Position numbers and translations under genes: made by a program. From the IMG/VR virus record IMGVR_UViG_3300023174_006980, positions 12,720 through 76,719 of that record: a DNA stretch of 64,000 bases; one strand, 5' to 3'. Shown here one piece after another: positions 1 through 9,800 of the stretch. The first letter of the stretch is position 1. Each line of letters starts with the position of its first letter. This DNA is from a virus. The notes beneath the pieces were generated by a model that saw only the letters and a list, made by a program, of their open reading frames with translations, was not told the DNA's origin and searched no databases.

Positions 1-1
1 T

Positions 2-226
2 GTTCTTGCAGAATCAAAAATAAACATAGGAAGACTTCTTGGAACCTTTGGATATCAGCTTCCTGGGGGTGTAACTATAAATGCAACTGCAATTCAAACT
101 ATAGGACAAGCTGAGAAGACAGAGGTGATGGATATGATTAAATCTGAAAATACTCCTTCTTGGTTCTTGCAATGGAATGTTTTAATACCCTTTATAATTT
201 CATTTGGATCATTATTCATGTCTTAA
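2..226 (+). CDS. 3' end of neck/head-completion protein (T4 gp13-like), partial; not in ORF track
   Basis: Frame 2 reads VLAESKINIGRLLGTFGYQLPGGVTINATAIQTIGQAEKTEVMDMIKSENTPSWFLQWNVLIPFIISFGSLFMS* (TAA 224-226). LPGGVTxN is the typical gp13 C-terminal motif. Confidence 0.7.
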   Translation, partial: VLAESKINIGRLLGTFGYQLPGGVTINATAIQTIGQAEKTEVMDMIKSENTPSWFLQWNVLIPFIISFGSLFMS

Positions 227-1375
227 AAATTTTCCTTTATTATTAAATATTATAAACATGAAATTTATTTTATTTTTCAATACTGAATTTTTCTTTAAAT
301 GGTTTTTTTGAATATCGCAATTATAGGTATATTCAGATTTTACCTCTATAATTGTATTTATAGACTTAATGTAAAAATCTGGGTAGTATTTATTTAGTCC
401 ATTGTTATAATAAAAATTTCCGCACTCCTCAGCAATTTGTCGTTTATCTATTATAATATCATTTTCGCTGTATTCTTTTAATAATATGTCTAATGCTAAT
501 CCTTCATATCCTTGTATTTTTATTATTTTTCCTGATGGAAGGGTATAGTTTTTAAATTTTCTAGTATTTTTATATTGGGTTTCAAAGACTTCTGAATTTT
601 GTATTGGGAATTTAGATCCGTATTTTATAATATTTGTTTTTTCTATCTTTTCTTTTATTTTATCCGATTGATGTAAAATGCCTCCATGTCTTTCTTCCAT
701 AATCGTTTTATGTTTTTCTGCATGATCTTTTAATTGCATATTATACTTCACTCCATATTTTTCCATCATTTTATTTTCCTTCCATTCTTTATCTTCAAGT
801 AAGCATTTTTTTCCATATTTTTTAAGATTTGTTTTCTCCCTCTTTTTATTTATTTCTTTCCTTTCTTCCGATGTTCTATTTTGTATTTTTTGTTTAGATT
901 GCTCTTTAAATTTATTGCTTTCTGTGTAATATTTAACCCCGTATTTTTCTAAATTAGAATTCTCTAATCCCTCCCTATATCCAGGGATTTCCCAAATATT
1001 TTTGGTACCGTATTTTTCTTCTAATTTTTTTAGACCTCTTTCTCTGTTATATTCTTTATTACATTTCTCCGATCCACAAGTACCACAATAATTAGCATCT
1101 CTCTTTTCATATTGATTTATAGAAAATTTATTATTGAATGTAAATTTTTTTAAATCACCACATATACAATTTTCTAAACCAATATTAAACCAAACATGAT
1201 AGAATCTTTGTGATATAGATATATTATTATATTTTGTGTCTAAAAAAAATGTCATTTCATTTAAGCATTTTAACAATCCTGAATTTTTATTTATTTTCCC
1301 TATGATAGATCCAAATGCTTGTCCTTTCATCTCCTTCTTTCTAGTTTCTTCGATTAATATCTCTAATTGATTCAT
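212..1375 (-). mobile_element. Free-standing putative homing endonuclease (EKYG-type repeats plus C-terminal PD-(D/E)xK nuclease)
   Basis: Cys pairs (CICG, CGTCGSEKC), repeated (L/M)(E/K)KYG units, C-terminal YYPDFYI...IIEVKS. Opposite strand to the structural genes. ATG at 1375 is preferred over GTG at 1393 because the GATATATA motif (1395-1402) lies almost on top of the GTG. Confidence 0.65.
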
Positions 1376-1394
1376 ATCTTGGTGTATTTTCACT

Positions 1395-1402
1395 TATATA
1401 TC
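1395..1402 (-). promoter_or_regulatory. GATATATA putative late promoter (endonuclease gene)
   Basis: TATATATC on + strand, about 20 nt upstream of ATG 1375; same motif precedes many other genes. Confidence 0.55.
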
Positions 1403-1432
1403 AGTTAGTTTAATCCTAACTTTAATTAAATC

Positions 1433-1440
1433 GATATATA
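1433..1440 (+). promoter_or_regulatory. GATATATA putative late promoter (baseplate operon)
   Basis: tcGATATATAaagaagATG. Confidence 0.65.
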
Positions 1441-1446
1441 AAGAAG

Positions 1447-1818
1447 ATGATTAGAATTACAGACATATATCCAAGAAATCCAGACGATCCAAATTATGTT
1501 GCGGATAAGCTAGAAACAGATGACGTTGTGGAATCTGCTATAGGAATGATAAAACAGATCATGCTAACTAAGCCTGGGTCTGTTTTAGGCGATCCTTTTT
1601 TTGGTTTAGATCTGGAATCTTTAGTTTTTGATTTCGAAGTTTCGGAAACCGAATTAAGAGAGGCAATAGGACTACAATTATACACGTATTGTCCGTTTGC
1701 TAGGGATATACTTAAAGTAGGATTTAATCTAGGATTTTTTAAGGGGGATACCAGAGATGCATGTGTTATAGAGTTTGCAATTCAAGGTAATCCAGTTTTA
1801 GGAATAAAGGTAATTTAA
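1447..1818 (+). CDS. Baseplate wedge subunit, gp25-like
   Basis: 123 aa; IKQIMLTKPGSVLGDPFFGLDLESLVFD matches the gp25/GPW pattern; directly upstream of a gp6-like gene. Confidence 0.75.
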   Translation: MIRITDIYPRNPDDPNYVADKLETDDVVESAIGMIKQIMLTKPGSVLGDPFFGLDLESLVFDFEVSETELREAIGLQLYTYCPFARDILKVGFNLGFFKGDTRDACVIEFAIQGNPVLGIKVI

Positions 1819-1820
1819 AA

Positions 1821-3554
1821 ATGGACTTATTTAAAAAAAATCGGGCTAAAATTCAGGATCTTTTACAAGATTCCTTAGAATTAATACAAAGAAGGTACAA
1901 CCAGGCAAATCAGTTATTTACCGTGGCATCTGCATGGGGTCAGATACTTTTTGTCTTGCAAAACCTATCTCAACTTATATTATTCTTTATAGAGGATTCT
2001 ATTACAGAATTAAACATAAAAACTGCAGTAAGGGAAAACTCTATTTATGGATTAGCAGCATTAACAGGCCATAATGCAACAAGAAGCAGTGCTGCTAGAG
2101 GTAGCGTTGAAATAACATGGAACGGAACAGACACATCTGGTGTTGGCGGTGGAGCTATTCTTTTCCCTAAATATGCATCAATAAAATTTGTAAATGGGGG
2201 TATTAGCTATGTTTGTAATATACAACAAGACTATGTAAGAATAAATCTCAATGGGTCTTCTAAAATAGCTTGTGAGATAATAGAAGGTGATATTAAAAAA
2301 TCAACGTTTACTAGTTCAGGAGATAAACTTCAAAGCTTTAATCTTTCCGACAGAGTAACAGCGGGTATTGATAATTTTGAAGTTAAGGTTTTTGTTGACA
2401 CTGAGCAATGGAAAACATTTGATTCATTATATGATATGCCATATAATTACAAAGGTGTTTTAGTTAAAACTGGAATATCCAATGGAATAGATGTGATATT
2501 TGGTACTGGAAATTTTGGTGCTATACCTAAAAGGGGATCTAAAATAACTGTTCAGTATTTAGAGACAATAGGAGTATCAGGAAATATTAATTCAACAAAT
2601 CCAGGAAAAATAGTTTTTGAATTTAATGATGATGGAACTGATGTGTTTGGAAATAGTGTTTCTCTAAGTCAGTTTCTAAAAATTAAATGTATAATACCTC
2701 CGCAATTAGGAACTGATCGTGAGTCTATAGAATTAACTAGAATACTAGCTCCTAAAACATCTAGGTCTTATGTGCTAGCTAATGCTGATAATTACATTAC
2801 ATTTTTTGAAAAATTTGGAATGTTCTCTGTCATAGAGGCATTTAGCACTTTTAATGATCAATATTTGGACGATGATAATATTATTTACACTCTTTTAATT
2901 CCAGATATCACTAAAAAGCTAAAAACAAATGAGACCTATTTTGATGTGAAGGAGAGTGAATTTTCTTTGACTGAATCACAAAAAAACAGAATACTACAGG
3001 TAATAGATGAAAGCGGACAAAAAATAGTTACAACCGAAATTAAAATATTGGATCCTAAAATATCTAGATACGTAGTAAACATACTCGTAACTGTTTTTGA
3101 GGGATATGATCTCGATAATTTAAAATCTCAAGTTGTAGAATCTTTAAGTTCTTATTTTATAAGTATAAGAAGAAGAGATAAAATACCAAGATCTGACCTA
3201 ATTGCAATAATTGAGTCTATAACAGGAGTAGATTCCGTTACTATATTTTTTGTTTCAGAGAAGAATGAAAAATACGCTATTAGTATAGCAAACTTAGATG
3301 ACACAGATCCTAAGAAGAAGATAGTTATAGGTCTTGATGAATTTGGTGATATAGTTTTTGATAAGGATGAAATAGTTATAATTACAGGTGGATGGTCAGA
3401 TAGAGCTGGATTATATTATGACAGAGGAGCAGATATGAATAAGCTTTCCTCTGTTAATATAGATGTTAGAAAAATAGTTCCTGTAACATATAACACCGAA
3501 GTTAATATGAAGAATAAGCAATTTCTAAAAAATAATAATACATCTACTTTATAA
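1821..3554 (+). CDS. Baseplate wedge subunit, gp6/baseplate-J-like
   Basis: 577 aa; TAVRENSIYGLAALTGH, VIFGTGNFGAIP and GTDRESIELTRILAP...ADNY resemble gp6 motifs; synteny with gp25. Confidence 0.75.
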   Translation: MDLFKKNRAKIQDLLQDSLELIQRRYNQANQLFTVASAWGQILFVLQNLSQLILFFIEDSITELNIKTAVRENSIYGLAALTGHNATRSSAARGSVEITWNGTDTSGVGGGAILFPKYASIKFVNGGISYVCNIQQDYVRINLNGSSKIACEIIEGDIKKSTFTSSGDKLQSFNLSDRVTAGIDNFEVKVFVDTEQWKTFDSLYDMPYNYKGVLVKTGISNGIDVIFGTGNFGAIPKRGSKITVQYLETIGVSGNINSTNPGKIVFEFNDDGTDVFGNSVSLSQFLKIKCIIPPQLGTDRESIELTRILAPKTSRSYVLANADNYITFFEKFGMFSVIEAFSTFNDQYLDDDNIIYTLLIPDITKKLKTNETYFDVKESEFSLTESQKNRILQVIDESGQKIVTTEIKILDPKISRYVVNILVTVFEGYDLDNLKSQVVESLSSYFISIRRRDKIPRSDLIAIIESITGVDSVTIFFVSEKNEKYAISIANLDDTDPKKKIVIGLDEFGDIVFDKDEIVIITGGWSDRAGLYYDRGADMNKLSSVNIDVRKIVPVTYNTEVNMKNKQFLKNNNTSTL

Positions 3555-3556
3555 AA

Positions 3557-3811
3557 ATGTTTACAACAGAAAAGAAAAGTTACCACGAATACATTAATTC
3601 CATGCAGGATGAAAGAACTAATGTGGGTTTTGATTATGAGGGAATGATATTTCAAAAAACATTATCCGATGTAACATTAAATGGTGACAGAACAAGAATG
3701 GGAATTCTTAAATCTCTAGAAAAAGTAATCTATAGACTTGTAGAATCAACCAAGGACATTAGAAATTTTATGAATTACAGAGTTCCTAAAAATAATAAGT
3801 ACGTTAGATAA
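3557..3811 (+). CDS. Small hypothetical protein in baseplate operon
   Basis: 84 aa ORF tightly coupled to both neighbours (TAATG overlap at 3811). Confidence 0.6.
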   Translation: MFTTEKKSYHEYINSMQDERTNVGFDYEGMIFQKTLSDVTLNGDRTRMGILKSLEKVIYRLVESTKDIRNFMNYRVPKNNKYVR

Positions 3812-6800
3812 TGAATTATAATAATCTTATATTTTTCAATAAGAGCGGACATCAAACCAATCTAATTTGGAATGGTAATTTTTGGGAAGCAAGACTCATG
3901 CTTCCCCGCGTTTCTGTTGATCTTTTTGAAACCGAGCATTTTTTTATAGTTGAAAAATTTAAGGATCTTACAGGAAAAACAGTTTATGGATATCCCCACA
4001 TAACTCCTGATGTTAATGCAGATTCTTCTGCAGCTGGGATTTATGGTGAATTTGTACTTGGTTCTAATTTAATAAGAACAGACGTACCTCCTCTTCAGGA
4101 TTATGTCGGGTCTAAATTATTCTGTGCTCAATTTCCCAATGGATCTGAGATATTATCGGTTGACCCTGTTAATAATACTATTACAATACAGGATAATGCT
4201 ATTTTATCAGAGATCAATGTTACTCTTCTTTTTAATATATGGAAGGTATCTTTTGAAACAACAAGAAATGTGATAGATTTTGATCTATTCACCGGTTTAA
4301 AAGCTAGTATAGTTTCAGGTAGAGATTACATTACAGTTAATGTCGATACAGACCAAATTAAATATAGCGAATATAAGCTTGTTATTCTTGGTGATGGAAT
4401 ACCTAAGGATGCTAGAATAACTAGTGCGTCTGGAAAGAATATCTACCTAAATAAAATATGTAATGTAACATTAACAAATTCTGATGTTTTTATTTATCCA
4501 ATAGAGGAAAGAAACGATGTTTCTGAATATATTTATCAATACAATATAACAGAGGATGTAAATTTAGATGCTCCTATTTTAAATGTTATACAGGATGCTT
4601 ATTATAAAATAGATTATGACTCAACTGAAACATTTTCAGGTACTCAAAGAATTAGTGATAGCATAACATCATCGAGTGTATCTATAAATTTAACCCTAAA
4701 TTCTCCAGATGAAGGAATATTTGGTAGAACCCTTGTTATAGAAGATCTTTCATTAGGATATCCTAAATTGATTGCAAGAATAGAAATCCATGGAGAAACG
4801 ATAGGGGAAGACGAAAGATATAAAATACTACTTAAAAATTTTGGAAGAAGTTTAAATAATGAGGATGCATATATTATAAGAGACAGCGATCCAAGCGAGC
4901 CATATCCTGATTATGATATTGTAAACACAAAGAGAAAAGAATTATTACTAGAAGGCCATGAGATATTCCCATATATGGGATCTTATAAGGGTTTAATAAA
5001 TGCAATTAGATTTTTTGGATATCAAGATTTAAGAATCAAAGAATACTGGATGAATATTAAGAAATCTGGTAGAACTCCAAAAAGTGCTCTTTCTGAAAAC
5101 CAATCTGTGATAGATTCCATAAACTCGCAAATTGGAAGTCAATCAACTCTTATTGCAAATATACACGATGACGAAAATTCAGGAAAGTATAAACAAGTAG
5201 AGGTATACGGTAAAAAGGATGACGGTACATATGGAATAAAATCATCCCTTGAGCAAATATTTCCCTCATCATCCTTTAAGAAAACATCTCTCTTTGGACT
5301 TTATTATGATATAAACAGAACTGTAGAAGATGAGTTTGACGAGTTTGGATATCCTGTAGTGGAGAATGTATTTGCATTTTCACCTGAGGAGGTTTTAATC
5401 AAGCTTTTTGGATTAAAAGAAAAGCTTAAGAAAGATTATTTACCGCTCAATGCTAGAATTATAGATATAACTGGTGAGGGTGTATATTTTGAAATTTATA
5501 AAACTAGGGGATGGATAGATCAATTAAAAATAGATGAATTAAATCAGGGTATAGATGTAGAAATATCTGCTACACCTAAATTTGGATACATTGAGGATTT
5601 AAGACCTTTTGGATTAAGACCTAATAATTCCATACCATATACGCCATATGTTGGACCAGATCCTTTTGAATATAATTATACAACATATGGAAATGTAACA
5701 CTTCCTACTGTTGCTAATAATTATCTATCTCCAACGCAATCTGAGAAATTAGCTAATGCTATAGATAGTTTTTATTATGAAAGAGACCACCTAGGAGTTC
5801 CTAAATATAGATTGGGTGATGGTGATAGTAAAATGGGTGGATATTTTAAATTGGGTGATGGACAAAAATACGAAGTACCCTCTGGATTTCCCACAGTATT
5901 AGAGGTAACTTCCTTTAATTTAAGTTGGGATGAATTGGATAATAAATGGGGAAATCTAGACAGAAATATTGCATATTATACCACCACAACAGCATCTCTT
6001 TCGAATATAACTTCATATACAGGCAACCCTCTAATTTCAAGTTCTGTAAATTACACATTTGATCCTTTAACGGGTTTTGGCCAATTCTTTAATGTTACCT
6101 TACCGACAGGGATAGCTTATTTAACTCCATCAGCAGGAAGATTACAATTAAAGTTTACGTCCAATTCTGATAGCTCTTATTCTTTTCTTGCTGAGGTGTT
6201 TACATATAATAATTCAACAGGAAACGCATATGTAAAACTACTTTGGTCTAAAACTGATGCGGCATTAGATAATTGGAAAGTAGAACTTGTTAATTTATTT
6301 TCTGATAATGTAACACTTAATTATTATGATTACTCATTCCATTCGGATGGATATTATTCATGGGGTAATTTAAGATTTGCAGGATTTTATGAGATAGAAT
6401 GGACGGTTACTAAAACGGGTGAAAATCCATATAAATATCAGACAAGAGACAAGCTAAATAAATATTGGAGAATCCCATTGATACTTCCATATAGCGGGGT
6501 ATACTCTGTTAGATGTAGGGTATGGAACGGGTTTAATGATATATGTACCGCATATTTTAATGAGTATATTGAGGTTAAAACAAGGGAGATAGAGATAGTT
6601 AATGTTGCTAGATTTAGGGAGGCAGAAGTTTATACATGGGATAACACAAAAAGAGCCTGGGAAGATTATGATTCAAGATGGCTATTTCCCGTGGAAAGAA
6701 TGATACCAAAATTTCAAATTTCTGAAAATGTTGATGATGCTGCAGAATATGGAAATCAATTTAATGAAGGCCAAGAATGCATGGTTTTAAAAACATTTGG

Positions 6801-9800
6801 CGAAGTTGTCGCAACTGCAGCAGTTGATTTTGGGCTTAAGCCTACAAAATTAACAGGCTTTACTAGCTTACGTCCAGGAGGGGGTATTGGTCCTGTTATT
6901 GCCACTATAAATCCATCATATTTACCACACACTTTTGCTAATGGAGATTTTGTTACTATTATAGATAACAACGTTGGAACCTTAATTAATAGAAGTGGAT
7001 CATATGAAATATCTAATGTAACAACGACTGGATTTACATTACCCTTTACTAGCACAGAAATACTAAATCCGCTATTAATAAACATAATAAAAACTGGTAC
7101 AATTACAGTTAGCTATGATAATAATATATGTGGAACTGTAGATTTTAACGGAAGACTGGATTCAACACTTGGTAATCTGATGTTTAGTATAAATAATTCA
7201 ACAAAAGAGCCTAAATTTGGTATTGATACTATTGAATCTTCTAATATTACAGATCCTTTTGTTACAGAATGGCTTAGAGTTACTTTTAAAGCTCCATTAG
7301 GATCGGGTAGCTCGTTTAATGGCAAAGTTCTAAGTATATCCATGAGCGGAGGAATATATGCGTATAATGGCCTTATACCAGTTCAATCATATAATGCTCC
7401 AATCATAAATGGTGCTAACTCATATGATGAGTATGTCGATTATGAATTCAATGGAGATCTTCCAACAGAAAACACAAGATTTTATGGGACTAAAGCATTA
7501 AACTGGGATGCGTTTGATCTTTTAGATTGGGATAATGTTTATGCACAGACATGGGGAATGTATGATTATCATAACGATTGGCTAGGAGGATTTTCAATCT
7601 ATAACATAAAAAATAGGGATAAATTAAGAGTAGGAAAAGATACCACAGGAATAACAATGGATGAATCTATTCTTCCAAATTTAAGCTTAGATTATTTAGA
7701 TCTAAATGAAGCATGTATCCAACTTAATAATTCTAAGGATCCTGGAATATCTAAATTCACATACAGTGTAAATGGATTCTCTAAACTCCCCGATAACTAT
7801 GGAATAGGCTCAAGTCCTATAGGAGCTCCTTTAACAGCTCTAGCAATACCATACAATGAAAGTACTGATGCCTATGATGTTCAAACTGGAACTTCCCCTA
7901 GCATGGATGCTCCAACCTCTATAACACAAAATCCTAGTGGAGATATAATAATGGGCGGTGATTATTTCGTAAAATTATTTAACTCCTCTACCAACATAGA
8001 TGCATATCCAATAGGCGGAGAATATGTGGGATGTATTCCTAGAAAAGTCTACAATGATGAGTATGATAACTGGTGGTGCTATGGTGAAAGATGTCAAATC
8101 CCTTTAGTTATCTATAATAGAAATAATGCAGAATCTTCTCTGGTTTTTAGCACATCACCTATATCTGGATTGCAGAATGCAGAGAATAATATAATTGTTC
8201 CCGTTCCTGACAGCCAGTTTCAGATTATATGTCTAGCAGTTGATGGAATGACCGATAATTTTGCTATGTATGTTAGATACAAGCAATATTATACTAGCCC
8301 AATTTCTAGTAGTGAAGATGTTTATAAATTATTATTTTACAATGCTTCTACTAAAGAATTTTTAGATATCTCTACAACAGGCCCAGCATGGAATATTACT
8401 GACGTTTATGATATTGGAAATATAGTTACATATAACGGAGATTGCTATTTAAAAATAAACACACAGGGCAATAGCTCAACCTTCCCCGCATCAGGAAGCA
8501 ACGCTAACTGGGAAAAAATAGAATTTAATACCCCTGGATTAATAGATCTTTCTGTTTTTTCTATAAGACAGATGAAATATGAATATGTGGGTAAAAAATC
8601 AAATCTTTGGATAGCAACTGATGACGGTGTTAAAATCTATAATGGGTTTAAAATATCTTCTTTAAGAATCCAAAATTCGGGCATAAGCAGCAATGATGTT
8701 TATTCTATCTGCATTGATGAGGTTAATTCTAAATGGATAGGAACATCAGACGGCATAAATTATTATGATAATGAAAGATGGGGATGCTGGAATCATACAA
8801 GCGATCCTATACTTCCTCTAGGTAAAACTAGAAACATAACTAATATAGGAAACGGAAGAATATTTTTCATAGTACAGCTAGGTGAAGATAATTATAATCT
8901 AGTTTATTTTAACGGGAATTCATTTAAGGTTTATACAAATGATCCTGGAACTGTCAATAATTTTAGTCCAATTAATTATATGGATTATGATTATGAGGAT
9001 TTATATGTTTTTATTAATAAAGTAAAATCAATTAATGGGAATTTTACAAAATATCCCGATGATCTTTTTTATCTTTCGGAGCCTTATAGGACAGGAGACA
9101 TATACGCATCGCCCTCTTTATGGGACTTTACAAAATTTGCTACCTATGTAGATCCGGTAGATACCTATTTAAAGAAATCAAATTATCTAATTCCTTTCAT
9201 ACATGCAAAATCAAAATATCCAGGAATTGAAGGCTGGGATTTTGTTCATTATACCCCATACAGTCCAAATATAGATCCAACAATTATAAATAATATAGGT
9301 ATAGGTGATTCTGTTATAAATTTCTCTTTTATAGTAGGACCTTTAAGTGGTGTAACTATTTCAGGTAAAGACCCACAATTTCCCCATGTAGATAGAAAAT
9401 CATGGAAAATTCCTTCATGGTTAAGGTATGATTTTGATAAGGTCTTAGACGCATTTCCAGGAACCGACCCTGATGATTTATTTTTAGATGCACCTTTAAG
9501 AGATATAATAGATGGAAGTGCATCTAAAGAAGAGTATTGGAAAAATTCTAATGTAGCAAGAAGCGCAGATAGAGATTCAGGTAATTATATAGATGAATAT
9601 GAGTGGGTGCTTAGAATAGGTGACACCTCAGATGATAAAGGAATAAGTGTATTTAGTGCTGATGATGGATTTGTTTATGTTACTGGATTCTTTACCGGAA
9701 GCATATTCTTAGGTCCTAGAAATAACACATCATCATCGACCAATACAACACTTTTATCAACTAATTGTAGATCCATATTTGTTGCTAAGTATAATAAATT

